A DNA stretch of 64,000 bases from Ophelia neglecta (Eukaryota). Each line of letters starts with the position of its first letter. The first letter of the stretch is position 1. Shown piece by piece: positions 24,701 to 39,700 of this stretch. Made by a program: the position numbers and the translations under genes. Location of the stretch: positions 48,918,001-48,982,000 of the forward strand of contig OZ260662.1 of NCBI GenBank assembly GCA_965285935.1. The letters are read 5' to 3'. The notes below the pieces were generated by a model. It saw only the letters and a program-made list of their open reading frames with translations. It was not told where the DNA came from and did no database searches.

Positions 24701-27700
24701 TGGTAGGATCCTCTTGTGGTAGGATCCTCTCCCTTGTGGTATGATTCTCTCCCTTGTGGTATGATCCTATCCCTTGTGGTAGGATCCTCTCCCTTGTGGT
24801 AGGATCCTCTCCCTTGTGGTAGGATCCTCTCCCTTGTGGTAGGATCTTTTCCCCGGAGGTATGTGTAAATATTATTTGCTATTCAGAAAATTATTTGCAA
24901 CTTTACAAGTCTGAGTATAATTTAGCTTGATAAGGAATTGCTTTTAGTGTAAGTAACTGGACTATGATATTGCATTATTTATAGGAGCATATGTGTAACA
25001 TCATAGTAAATCACTTTAAATCAACAGTTACTGATATGGAATGTTTGACAGGCAAGCATATGATGGCTGTTTAATATATTACACTGTTAATTGTTTGTAT
25101 TATAACATGCAGATATCTTCATTTTCAAAATAACATTATTCCCCATGCCCTGCATGAGTACACTGTCTTACAAGGAGTTACATGAATTGTGAAGGGATGG
25201 ACAGGTGTAAAATGAGTGATGAAATTATGCCCCACAAAGAATGCAAATAAAAACACTGCTCTCATCACTACAAACTGTTGTCATAATGGGTGTTTTACAC
25301 ATGGTCAGTTCAATAAGAAGATGGAATTCAGCAGGTCTGCATGCTAAGTGAATGTGACAACAACTATTTGAGCCTTGGAGAGCTCACAAGTGACAAGGCT
25401 TTGTGGTGTGAATTGTAGACAATCGACTTGTGACTGTAGGGCCCTCGCCGAGATGATTGTGATGCCTCTGGTCCCCGGGGCCATCCTGGGGCACGCGAGG
25501 TGTGGACTGTGGCCTTGATTGAGCTTTTGTCATCCCTGGCCTCAGGCTGTCCAGTGTTGTAGCATTAAACCACTTGAAAACGATGCCACAGGATACCCAT
25601 GACCTTGTCAGATTCAAAAGAAATGCCTTCCGACCATGTACACGCATTGGCTGCTTCACAGCACATTGTTTGTTATATAGGTTACTGGGAAAAAAAACTT
25701 AGTTAGTCATATTCAAAAAATTATTTCTTGATAATTTATGTTCCATGACAGCAAGAAGATAGTGGAAGAAGCTATTTTACCTGTGGCATTCTTTTAGTTG
25801 AATGAACAATATTCACTTGGTGGCATTAACTCTCATAAACTTCATCTTGCTGTTGCAAATTTTACGTTTTCTTTGAAAGGAGAAAGAATGTGTCCAGGAG
25901 GCTATGTCCTGTAGATATGAATGTAAAGATGGCATCAATCATCAAAAATTGGTCGACTTATTAAGCCTTTTAGGAAAAATGTTTCTTTGTCAGATAAGAT
26001 GGATTTAGAGGAAGCTGAAAGCTGGGTCCATATTGATGAGAATTGCTCAAGAGGCCGTGAAGCGTCTAGTGAAGCCAATAAAATCAATTATGTCTTTACG
26101 CCCATTCTATCCAGTTCAAACACAGCTGCTTGATAGCACGATGTGGACTTGTCCTCTGTTCAAACATTGTGATAATGAAGTCCTGTGTCCTTACACTTGT
26201 GATGCAGCTACACAAGTTGGGTATCATTCCCTGCAAAGACGACTCCTGGCTGATTATTTCAGCTCGGTCTCCATGCAGCCATTGTATTATATTCCCCAAC
26301 ATAAAGAGTGAATGCCCCACCTATTATCTATTCAAGCAAAATTCTGGAACTTATGTTATCATTTAAATTACAATAATATATATTAAAATGATTCAGAATA
26401 AATATCAGTTCAGGGGTGAAAATGAGCACCAGCCCACTGTATCATAGCCAGTAAATTTTCTGCCGGGCAGGTAGATTTTGGAGGATCGAACATACAATAA
26501 ATATAAACCACATGTTATGTAGCTTGTTACCAACCAGTGCAGTTATGACACGTCTGCTTTAAAGGATGCGACAAGGAAGGAATGTGTGTGCGAATTGAAC
26601 ATGTAAAACAAAGCTGACAAATCATGTTCATGTATATTATCCAGTTTCCATTAGGGCTTGTAATAGGTTGTGCCATACTGGTTCCGGCATGGGGGTCTGA
26701 GCGCAAAAAGAGTTAAAGTTACAATACCTGCTTGCCACACACACTGTGATGCTGGCGGTGCATCCCTGCCCAAGCTCCAGGGCAACCTCAGAATCGTGTT
26801 TATATGATATGATAGCTATAAATCTCATGTTGTAAGTAATTGTTATGGCTATGATCTAAGGCTCTGCCCTCGTCTTATTAATATCAGTCTGTTTAATAAT
26901 AAATGCTTCCTGACATAGTCATAGGTGGTGTAGTTTTGTGTCAGATTAAACAGAATGCATTAACTAATCCATTTACAAGCACTCTTATCCCATTGTCAGT
27001 GAAATGTCTTGATGATTTTTCACGTCTTCACAGAACGGCCATTGCTCCCCTCATTAATTCTGCAATAATTTCCCTCATTACCTATGCTTAACAGCCTAAT
27101 TGGGTTTAGTTATTGCTCTTAGTGGAGTCTGATATGTTTTTAAAAAACTGCCAATTACCCTTAGACAATTTATACTAGTATTTTGAAATCTGAGGCATCA
27201 TCAGAACATCAGATTTGTCAAGAGTAGATAGGAGATAGTAGATTAGTCGTTAAATTAAATGTTTTTCAACATATTTTAAAAATCCCGGCCATCTTCCATT
27301 AATGATTTATGATATTATGCTATTGATATAGCTAATGCTTATAGCTCTGTATAAGTGGAAAAGTTGGTTGAGAATTGTAAAATATGTATTGCCACAAAAC
27401 TGGCATCCCACAGGGCCATGCCTATGAAAATGACACAGCTTGTCAAGTGACCTTTGCTAGGACATGGCAGATAATAAAAGGTAGAGAGTATCTAATAACT
27501 CAAAATGTTTACATGATTCATGTCACCTGACCCTGCACCCTGTAAGCTGACCCCATGCATCAGCCGAGCGCTCCCTACTCCGTGCTGCTAATGTGAATAG
27601 TGCACAACATCGCATAAAATAGGCAATTACTCTATCCAGAATGTCAGAGGGTAAAATGTTGTGATTCCAAATTATAAATTATTCAACTTTCTTTCCCACC

Positions 27701-30700
27701 ATGGTGGTCATTGCTCAGTGTTATATGATAGAGCTAGTTCCACCTGGACATTAAAGGGTAGAAACTGGCAATTTTGTATGAATGAGTAACCCTTATTATT
27801 CTAAGATGATTTGCTTGGACATTTTTTGCTGTTGTTATGGTCATGTGAGATGTACATTTATATACACTGTACATTGGTTTTTTGTACTCCAACTTCCTCA
27901 CTGTAAAATACCTCAAGTAGTAGAGTAATGAAGCCAATGATGTCCCGGAGTATCATGTTAGATGTCAAGTGGAGGTACAGATCATGTAGACGAGGACAAT
28001 CAAGGGAGGAAAGTGCCGTGGATTTAGGCTTATCACAACAAGCTCAAGACAGTATCACAAAATGGTGGCATTTTTTATTTTAGGATATGTTTGGCAATCC
28101 ACTGCAAATTGTAAATATCTAGGGTTTAAGTGGAAGTACAATATTCAGTTATTTTATCACCATGTAATATTTCATTTTAAAGTAAATTTTTAAAACATTG
28201 TTACTTAACACTGAACAGTTCCAAGGGACATTTTGGCAAGGTTTTATTGTGTTTTTTGAACAAAGTAAGGGGACGAACTGTTTTTCATTGAACTACGGCG
28301 TCTGGTTTTAGCGTCCAGCATCTGGCATCCACATTCATTTGTCATGTGACAAAGGGATGTGTTTTTTGCTGTTTTTTAATTCTATTCTTTAGGGCAGCTA
28401 CCCGGTAGTTTGTTTGAGTTTGTTCGTGAGCAACTTCTAAACGCATCAATTTTAGATGCATTAACAATGGAAAAAATGACTTAATTAGTATGCAGTCTTA
28501 CTTCTTTAATGTAACCCTTAGACCTTAAATTACATGTGAGAGGCTGTAGAAAGTATAGGCTGTGGATGCAGTGGTGTTTTCAGATTTGACCTTAACTGTC
28601 ATGGTCAAGGTCAAATCACTAAAATAATGATTTAGTCTATATGAAATTGATGCTAGAACAGCATAGGAAGCAAAATAGGAAAGTCTTATCTGGTGCTCAA
28701 TTTTGACCTTGGCGTGCATTTTCCGAATTCATTGGCAGACAATTGGGAGCCATTTTTTATGCTTGCTATTGTGTTCCCAGATTTGAGCTTGGAGTAAGTT
28801 TTCAAGGTAAAGTCACTATAATCACAATTTTGGTCTTGAATTTAACAGCTAGAACCATGATCATCATTGGAAGCGTACAGGATAGCATATCTTGCACATT
28901 TTATAGATTTCTCTAAATTAAACTTGTCAGGTATCTCATTGAGTTTTGAGTTGTGAAAGTTGAATTAGCTGTTAGTTTGCACAGCATTCACAGCTAGCTG
29001 GAACTTCATGGTTCAGTTTGTGAGGCTAATTTGGTACCATATGATGATCTGAAACCAGATTTTAGCTATATCTGGTTTTTTACCCCATGAGAATGATTCT
29101 GTGGGTATCCTGGTGAGAAGTGATGCTTTGCAAAAGCAAAAACTAAGTTGCCATGGCAATGGAACTGTGTGTTTTTGCGGATTACTCACTAACCTTTTCA
29201 ATCTTGATTTGAGCCCCAGAGGGGGGGGGGGGGGGGGAATTTCAAAGAGTTACCACTTCTCTTATCGGATATATTTTTGACACCCTGTAGCCTTGCCATG
29301 TGGGTCCAGTTATCTTATTGAATTATTTAGTAGACACCCTGTATGCACACATAGTATTTATGCATGTATATATATGGTTTATTGCCTCCAGGTATTCTTT
29401 AGGAGAGTATATATAAACACAAATGTTTTAGGTACATATGCTAATAATTATGTCGCATGTTAGGTGCTGATGATATAGGGTAAGACTAAATTAAATTTTA
29501 AATTGTTTGAGACTGATGAAAATCTATGACTTGCACAGTATCTTATATATGTCTAATTTATCAGCTAGACGCCCGAATACTTTCGCTGTGAAGCAGGCGA
29601 GTAAACCTTCGCTATTGCCGTTAAGTTCTTTGCCAATCTTAACACCATGAGGGCCAAGGGCCTCTATTGTTGACTCTCATTTTGATAAGGTAAAGAGCCA
29701 TGGGCCCCTTAAATTGCCTCTATCATTTACCTAGTAATCTTTTTTTTAAAAAGATTGCCCTAATATCATATCATCTTTTATTTCACTGTAGTTTATTTTA
29801 TACACCTGCTGTCTGCCCTTTAAGAAATGTATTGTTTCCGCATATTAAGTTGTCCATAAGGTGTTTGTTGTTAGTCAAATACAAGATCATTTGAAAATAT
29901 TCTTATTCTTTCATACATGCAATCTGTTTGGCACCCACTTTGTTCCCAATAAACAAGTTTTATTGCTATGCTTCTCATCATGTTCAATGTATATACTTGT
30001 ATGGCATTTCAGAGAATACCATCTGGCATTAAAAACTGTGTTGTTTGGGATTTCTCATTGTGCACGTTGAATATTTCTAAAGAAATAATTGGTTGTAAAA
30101 CATATAAAAAAAAAACATAAAAAAGGTAGATAAATAATAAGAAGTAATAAACAAAAAGCATGAAATTCAATTGCATGTGCCTTATCAAACATCAAATCTG
30201 CATGTAAGTTTGGCACCGAGGTGTTGGATGTCAGCAGTGTGCTGTTGATTGCTTGTATTTTAATCTTTTTTTATACTGTCATAGCCTCGACTTTGGCCCA
30301 TACCGCTGAGGTTACAGCATGCTAACATATTGGAATGTGATAGCCCAGTTCTATATCGTGTCTTGTCTGGACTCTACACACATAGCCACCCTAGTCTCCA
30401 TCCTCAATAATTTGTCACAGTAAATCTAATTTACTCTGCCAAGAGCAGGGAGGCAAAAGTTGCGCCATTTGGCTGCCGCAGTTGTGCTGCTAGTGTTAGG
30501 TCACCTGACCAGCTTGGCATGTCAGCAACACTAAGCTAAACTACAACCGTACTGAAACAATCATTTTCTCCTCCAAGAAACATTTGACCAGGTGTCCTGA
30601 TTATGATGCAGGTGCTGTTGGTGTAGGCGGTGGTGGAGTCAGTGGTGTTGGAGGAGAGAGGACTCCTCTGTGCCTATTAAAATATATATAATGATTTGGA

Positions 30701-33700
30701 TTATGAACAAATCTATTGCAGTCAGTCCATTCTCCTACTTAAGATATTTCTATAGCAGTACATTCATGCCTATGAATCTACAGCTTGAACAAAGGTGTTA
30801 TATCACAAAATATTTCAATTATATATAGAGTCCAAGTATAAAGACCTGCACAGAATGTTCAAAGATGTCCAGTATCGTCTGTGGCATGTTTGGCATAGGA
30901 AGTGTTTCATTAATTGTGCTAGTGCATTGTGCATTCTTTTGAAACTTAAGAATTGTGGGTTTAGAACAACTTGGGTGTAGGAATAAACGGGATAGGAATA
31001 TATTTCGAGGATAGATGGATAATCAGACTGAAAACAAAATCCAGAGAAGGGCAGTAAGTAGTTTGATAATTGTCAGTGTTATGATGTCACATTTTGATCC
31101 AGGTCATTTGTATTTTTTATTTCTCTGATGAGTTATGGCTTGAAAATAACAAAAGGAAATGTCTCTCAAGTACAGTGTTTTTAGTTAATTTTTACTTGTT
31201 AATAAAATTGCTGGTTTAATGTATAAATACAGGTTTAATGTATAGATACATATATACATGTAAATATATTATTGTGATGAAAACAAATGATGTAAATTGG
31301 TTCAACCCAGGAAGAGGAATTAAGGCCTTTCAGATGTTGATTTTGTGGAAACTATTAAATATAGTAATTCTTTGATGTCACTTTTTTCCATGGATTTATA
31401 ATACCCATGTTGTAACCTTGGAGGAGGTTCGTGATTTTTACTTTGATTCACTGGGAAGTAGTGTATGCCTTACATTACGCTTGTTAGCTATCGGCAATGT
31501 CCAGCTAACCCTTCGTGCATGCAACAGTGCACATCGAAAGGGATAGTCATCAATTACTTGTGATATCCAGTCATAACGTGATTACATCCACTTGGTCATC
31601 CTCCCTCATCTCCTCACTCTGGTGTGCATGCCCCTGGCTGTGGGCCCCACATAGCACAGACCAGCCTCACAACCAGCCTGACGCACGTCTGCTCATTGGC
31701 GGATACTCACCAATTGATGTTCCCTTGGCTTCTATACTTTGAACAAGGCACCTTAAGTTCAGAATACATATTATGCCAGATATTACAAAACCCTTTCTCC
31801 ATTGTGGACATTTATCATTGTTGCCTTTCAGGAAATGTGGAAATTAAAAGCTATTAATCAAGTATTAACATTAAATCAATCTTTACATGAATACTGAGAA
31901 TGTTTTTATTACTTGGCAGTTTGAGGTGATATATGTTACAGTGGATCGTCTCAGTTTGTAGAGCACTATACATTTGGACTTGGTTTATTTTTATCCAGAT
32001 AGTATTGACCAACAAGTTAGAGAGGCATGCTTTGGCAATTTTCCTGGTCCCCTGTGTTTGTGTCCGTGGGTCATGCAAGCCGATAAAGTCTGAATAGCAT
32101 GACATGATCTTTGGGTTATCGGCAACGACTTTATCTAGACCGACTCTTGACAATTTAAAAGGAATCAATTTCAAGCGTGCAAGATTGTGAGGCATGGCCA
32201 GATTTATCCCCACATGATGGAACATTCCATTCTCCCAAAAGTCAGCTTTATTTTGATTCCAACAGATTCATCTTTACTTCCTGAATACACATGGTGAAGA
32301 ACACATTATTTCTCGTCATGGAGAAAATCTTAAAACCTACCTTGGGTTCAGTTGTGAGTGGGTCATATAACCACTGGTAATAATGAAATGATTTATAAGT
32401 CAGAAAAATGCAGCTGATACTGTATTGCAGCTGCCACTGGGTCTGAATTTTGTGGCTTCAGTTAAACATGCAATAAACACTGAGGTGTTTTCAGAGGCTT
32501 CCCATTCATGTAAGTGCTTCATGTAACCTAACCCCCTCCCAGACTGCAGGCATTGGCGTTTTAGCCCGACTCGGGCACTTAACAGGCAAACGGCAGCATT
32601 TTTCACTGTGTTCAGTGATGCTTATTTACCATCAATTAGCATTTTGAGCCATTCTTTAATTTCCGTTATGCAGTTTGCCCAGAGGGCATACACTGATGCA
32701 TGCAATGCTATTGTTACCAAACTTGTCCATAATTGATCAACATTGATTTGATGTCATATATGTGGATTTGAGGTCTTCAAATTTGGTAACAAAGGTCACT
32801 TACCCATTAGCCGGAGGAATATATTCTGGTTTTATGGAATTAATTATTTCTGTTTGGTTTAAATGCCAGGATAAATGTATCTAGTTTCCAATTTGTTTGC
32901 ATCTAGACGGGTCTGCCTATTTGTGTCTAGAGTATGTGTATGCCTATTTGTGTCTAAAGTATGTGTCTGCCTATTTGTGTCTAGAGTATTTGTCTGCCTA
33001 TTTGTGTCTAGAGTATGTGTATGCCTATTTTGATCTAGAGTATGTTGTCTGCCCATTTGTGTCTAGAGTATGTGTCTGCCTATTTGTGTCTAGAGTATAT
33101 ATCTGCCTATTTGTGTCTAGAGTATGTGTCTGCCTACTTGTGTCTATAGAGAATTCGTCCGCCTATTTGTGTCTAGAGTATGTGTCTGCCTATTTGTGTC
33201 TAGAGTATTTGTCTGCCTATTTGTGTCTAGAGTATTTGTCTGCCTATTTGTGTCTAGAGTATGTGTATGCCTATTTTGATCTAGAGTATGTGTCTGCCCA
33301 TTTGTGTCTATAGAGTATGTGTCTGCCTATTTGTGTCTAGAGTATATATATCTGCCCATTTGTGTCTAGAGTATGTGTCTGCCTCTTTACTGATTTTAAG
33401 TCATTTTTCTTTTCTTTATTGGCACTCACCTAACATATGTGTTATTCTGTTTTGAAAAGGAATATAGATAGGCAAAAATAGAGGTTAATGCAAATCACAA
33501 ATGTAGGTAATATGCTTGTGTTTAGCTCCTTCACCTCTTTAAGCTCTACACCACATGCACCTGTGTTTTCCCTTGTTGTCAGGTTTTTATACGTTTCAGC
33601 TGTATTCATGCTGGTGATATGATGACTGTAAATGATGAATGTAGCCAGCCATGCAGAGCCGATCTGCTCCACTGATTACTTCTCCTAAATGGATAAGCTG

Positions 33701-36700
33701 CTGTATCATGGAACACCATTCTATGGGTAGTGATCTGTGTTACACCTCAATGGTTTGAGGCAAAGGTCAGCAGACATGATCTGTTGATGAGTTGCCACTA
33801 ACACGCAAAGACTGCAGTAAGGTAGGCCTGGTCAGGCCAGAGATCAACCAGGACTGCCAAAATCAGGGGTTTGAAGTGAAATTAAATAGAGTCAATAACA
33901 AATGGCTCGCAATGACAGTGAGAGATCATACATAAATGTACATGTATAATGCTATGTAGACTTGGTATTCATCACAGATGAGGAGCCTCCTGCACTTTCT
34001 GACAGAGAACCTCTTTCAGGCTCCAGAGAGAGGCCACACAGAGCCCTCAGGGATACAATCAATACCCGCATTATACCCCAAATCACATGCATGCAATTAA
34101 ACTATGCACATGAGGCAGTGATGAGAGCTGCCTTAGCTGTCTGTAGGTGATAGCAAGAGGCAGTGGATTGTGGAGGCTAGAGAAGTGAGGCCACACTGGC
34201 CAAGAGGATGTGGCTTCCCTAGCCTGATGTGGGATGGAGCGTGCAAGCAATACATCGACTCGCCACAGGCTAGGCATAGGAATTGGCCAAAATGAGTAAG
34301 CTGATCCCTCTCTGGCCCTGGCCCAGATCAACAACTGGTTGGTAGGCACACCAGTCTGCCCACCTCCACTGCATGGCTGTAGCACTGGAGGAAATTGGAA
34401 AAAGACAAAGATCACTGGAAGGGGATATGCATTAAAATATCTTGTGCTCTCTCGTGAATCCAGTTGGACCACATTGAATGTTGGCTTTTCACAGAATTGA
34501 TTTGATGGAGTTGGCATTGGCAAAGAAAATTGCCTACTATTGTGTTTGCCACATAATGTTGAGCTGGTATGGATAGAGGTATTGTGCAAGCCAGTGCCTA
34601 TGTAACTCCTTTAAATCAACACCCATTAGAGCAATTGCATCTACTTTAGAAACATTCCTTATTGATCTAATATATGGTTCTTAAACAATACATTGAACTG
34701 GATGATGTAAGTGAAATGTCCCTATACAAACAAGTACATCTATATTTAAATAATGACTATAGAGACTATCATAATCTTGCCTGTTTTCAGATTCTTTCTG
34801 ATGTCTGCTTTTTATCCGACAATAGTCAGATTCCCCTATTTGTACAGAAGGTTCTTCTGGTTGCCTCTGCAACCTGGGAGCCTACAGCTGGCAGAGGCTG
34901 AAGAGGAACTTCACATTCACTGGGCATTATTTTTTTAACCACTGTTGCCATTTTTCAACATATTTCACTTATATGCCTGGTGAATTGTCTTAAGAGTCTC
35001 GAGGCAGTTTTAGCTTTTTTGGATTAAATTAGGGGTAAAATGACATGAAATAAAACTGCATAGCAGCCGCTAGAGTTACTATCACCTCATGAATGGTATT
35101 GGCTAGCTAAAAGTTAACAGAAGTCACCATGGCTTGAAGTGGTCATGAGCTTTTAAGTGTTTTTTTAAAACTCCTGTTTGTTTTCAGAAGATAGTCAGAA
35201 TCATTGTAAACTATGTTTTAGAATCTAGCTTGTGTCACACACACACAAAATCACCAAAAGTGGTCGGAACTCTTTCAAGAAAGAGGAGCTTTTTATAGTC
35301 TCACTTCCTCTTTTATGGGTGATTTTTATGAAGTCGCAAAGAAAAAATGACGCAAATTGTTTTGTGACGTCATGATGGCCGCCGAAAATCACTTTACTAC
35401 TCAAGTACATGAAACCTGATTTGGTGGGTGTGTGTTTTCAGAATGCACTCGTGTATGTTTTCAGACGACTGGGAGAATCCTTCTTGTTTGTTTGTGTGCC
35501 AGTTACTCTGTACAGACTTGTGCAGGCCATGCCCATGACCTGTGGCAGCGATCATTTTAACTAGAGGGCTCCATATTGATTCTCAGCCATGCGCGGCTGA
35601 AGACAGCCCCTGGCCCTGTGCTTTGTGGCCTGCACCCACCCAGTGGAACAGATGGCCAATGTGAGATTGGGGACAAAGGGTCATGGCTCCCAGCTCGTTG
35701 GACATGGCATTCCAGATTCCTCCTCTCAACATTTTACATTGGCCAACAATTGGCTTTGGCTTCACCAATAAAAAGTCATCACGTGTATGTCTTCGCTACT
35801 TGTTTGTATGGTCAAAAAGGAGGTGCTTTAAACGCCAGAAAAGGGCTGCCTGACAGGAGAGCCTGAACCACAGAAGGCAGAGAACAGATTTGGCACGTAG
35901 GCCAAGTGAGATATATTTAGCACACAAAGCAAGCCATCGTCAGCCGTGCACATTGATTCGAATTGCTGCGTTGGAGCTTTCCTTTGGCACTGTCACAGGC
36001 AGCGATTAGAGTGTGCAGAACCAAACTCACATCACAGGCTATAAGAACTGCTGCTAGGATGTGGCCCTAGTGTTTTCTAGACTTAGAGGATTGGAGACAT
36101 GGCTCCATCTTGTCAGACTATGTCCTTGAAGTGGCTTGGATTTGTCTTTGATTATTGACTCTGTCCTGTACAAAGGCTTGCATATAATTTTGTTGATGCC
36201 TCCAAAGTCAACACTGATGACAGAGACGGAGATGGCACTTTTCAATTTCATGGAAGTTGGATGTTGTCAGAGCCATCCCAAGAGATGGCCACGGTCGGGG
36301 CTGGCAGGCATATCACTTTCTCCCCAAGCCAACAACCAATGGAGGCCCCACCCAGCTCGGCAGCCACTTCACAACCTGACTCAGATTTCCCGTGCCCAGC
36401 ACAGCTGTGAAATGGGTATACAATCATCTGATTCAAGACTCAGCCTGGTAATGAAACCCTGCAGTCCGATTGCTACATGGCAGGATGGTGGACTTGGTTG
36501 GTAGTCATATCATGCTTGGCTGGGATGTGGCTAGAATAGCAGACAATTGAGTATGCCAGACCATACAGTAAGAACATTCTCTACCTTTGTAAGTGCTGAA
36601 TGGTGATTGCCGGTGTAATGGCAGGTCTCTTGTCTTCAGTCCTTAATTGGAGGTTATAGTATGGAGCAACAGCATAGAAGATGGTGCCCTCATGATGGAG

Positions 36701-39700
36701 AAGTCTCCTTGGTACATTAGAAGTCTCTGGAGGGACCATTTCATTTTGGTCTCTCTCTGTTTGCTCACCACTCAAAGGCACTGTTAAGAACATAAAATTG
36801 TAAGTACTATGTTGTCTTGACATGCAGGTACTGCAAAGGCTTCGATAAACTAGCTGTATAGACACAATAAGGTTGACATATGGGGTTACCCTAGCCTACC
36901 CAGTGCAGGTCAAACTGAACTGATGGATGATCTATAGTCCTGCCATGATGGGTGCCGTACTTAAAAAAAATGTAAATATGTGCAGACTTCAGCAAGTTTT
37001 GCGATTGAGCATCATAGACTTACTTCTCAGGCAGCATACAAATCCAAGAGTTGCTCAGGAGCTGGCCAGCATAGCTCTGGTATGATATTGATTTGGATGA
37101 ATAAGCACAGAGCCATCATTCTGTAGATCTCATGTTGTCCCTCTGAAATAGCTTTGGGATTTGGAGGTTCCTCTGAAATAACTCGAGGGCTTTGGGGGAA
37201 TGTCTTGTCAGGAAAACTGTTTCCTTCAAATCAAATTGTTCAAAATGATGCAGCTATTCACCTCCAGAGCAAACACCCGAGGGAAGGACATGTTTCCTTT
37301 AAAGGAAAATAAGTCTGTCAATTGGCTGGCTGCCTTTTAGTGGGGTAGTTTGGGATTAGATGAGTAATGAATGTTAGCAATAGGAGGCTTGCGCTGGTGT
37401 CCATGCCTTTTCCGTTATTTCTATTTGCTCCATGATGAAGCCAGCTTCGAGTTTAATAAACTGTTCCTAATCAGTGCATAACGAGTATCATGTCCAGAAA
37501 TGAGAAGATTAGCTAATTTGGCAGTTTAATTGTTTCTCTAAGACCATCAGGCTTGTTAAAACTTAGCTGAGCAGTCTCCTGATTCTCGTTCACCAGAGCA
37601 TCTCTCCCCAAAGAGAGCTGCAATGGTTCATTAATCCTTCTTCTTGTGGAAAAGGGCCTCAGTTTTTGTAAAGATCTGCGACTCAGCTCAGGACCTATGA
37701 AAAAAGTCACATGACCCATCTGACCTACCAAAATGTATCTGAAATTGTGGCCATGATGATAAAATCTGTTGCTTATTTTGATCAATCTCAGTCAATTAAT
37801 ATGTTCCAGTCAACATTTTTTCGAAAAAGTCAACTCTAAGAAACCAGCGATATGTTATGCTAGTGTTGTTGTCTTAGCAAGCAGTTCCTGCAGGTATCTG
37901 ATATTGCATTAGGACTGGTTTACGGAAATTCTAATTAGTAAAATTCCAATGATGTTTTGACTAAGTGTCAGCAGGCATTATTGTAAGACACCTTCTGTTT
38001 GTAGGTTTTGTTGACTAGATGAACAGAAATCTGAATATTCCCTGAAAACTCAGGTTTGCTCGCAATTGGTCGGTTTCTTAAATACATCACGAGTCAAAAG
38101 CCTCCTGGTCTGGGGTTATAAGTCACAGCATCTCCTGAAGCACTTAATAAAATGGTAGTTGTAGTGAGTGCTGTGACATATGACAAGGCTGTCTACTTGT
38201 ATCCTGTACTTCTCAAAGGCAGCTGTACTGGAGGTGGCAAGATGGGGGGGGGGGGGGATGGAGACTCCTTTATACCAACAGTGTAAAGATATACTCTGCC
38301 CTAAGAAGGGGTCAATGCTTTGAGCTTCCTGCCCCTTCCCCACCCACCCTTCTCCTCCTGGGGGCCAACCATCTCAACATGCTCCATGACCAGCCCAACC
38401 AGGCATGAGGCATGCTTCAAATACCTCTATGTGAACTTCCAGTTAAGGCTTAACATAATCTGGATTGAAAGCAACTGCAACTGAAATATGTCCCTCATGC
38501 TTAATAAAAAAAAGCCTATTGTATGTATTAAGCCATGATTTCAACATTAGGGTATATCATGCAGTAAGCAAGAAAGGGCCAGGCAAGTAGCACTGTACAA
38601 ATGTTGCTCCTGTATACCGGGTATATGTAAATGTTGCTGTACTATATTCTATGCTTTGCAATTTTAGAGACTAACTGCGCTAGTTTGCTGTTGTTAGCAT
38701 GGCTTTAACATTTTGAATCTGATATTATGGCAGATTAGATACCCGGTATGTGAAGTTTATGAATTAGATTGGGTTAAAAAAAACCGGTCTTAAGCGAGCT
38801 GTCTGGTTCTCCAGCCATGCCTGGTGGCTTTATTAATCTGGCCCCAAGCACACCTGAAATCATCAGCCCACTATTGTACTATCCTTCTTATGTACCTGTC
38901 TAGCAGTGACATTCCAAGAATACTCAACAGGGGTTGACTGACATAATGGTTGTAATGTATATACATTAACTATGATACATTGTATGTTGATTGTAACAAA
39001 ACCTACAAGTACAGTTTGTGTTCCACTCAGAGCTGTATTGTTTGAACCCCCAGCTCATCTCCCAGGGATATCAGTGATCAGTGGCCAGATCAGTGGTGTC
39101 AGGGTGGAATGCCTGGCTCTTGTCCAGGATGGCATGCTGTAAAAATGGTCACATCCCCCATGGGCAGGATCGATACCAGAAAAATGTGTCTCCATATGGT
39201 GCCTGTGTATGACATGCTGTGAGATATGGTATAAAGGCCAGTTACTGGGTACACATTGTTATATCTGGTGGTCAGTGGCTTGTCATTGCTTGGATGTGAC
39301 CAGGTGGTCTGTGGCTTGTCATTGCTTGGATGTGACAAGGTGGTCTGTGGCTTGTCAATGCTTGGATGTGACAAGGTGGTCTGTGGCTTGTCATTGCTTG
39401 GATGTGACCAGATGGTCTGTGGCTTGTCATTGCTGGGATGTGATCAGGTACTATGTGTCTTGTCATTGCTGGGATGTGACCAGGTGGTCAGTGGCTTGTC
39501 ATTGCCTTGATGGGACCAGTTGGTCAGTGGCTTGTCATTGCTTGGATGTGACCAGGTGGTCTGTGGCTTGTCATTGCTTGGATGTGACCAGGTGGTCTGT
39601 GGCTTGTCATTGCTTGGATGTGACCAGGTGGTCTGTGGCATGTCATTGCTTGGATGTTACCAGGTGGTATGTGGCATGTCATTGCTTGGATGTGACCAGG

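Noticed and set aside
25994-26133. Phase-1 acceptor followed by 45 open codons and a stop (possible terminal exon for a secreted ectodomain)
   Set aside because: An open stretch of this length after one of many intronic acceptors is expected by chance; no recognisable motif.
32859-33313. YLCLEYVSA / TLDTNRQTH repeat ORFs
   Set aside because: Product of the 27-bp minisatellite, with internal frameshifts.
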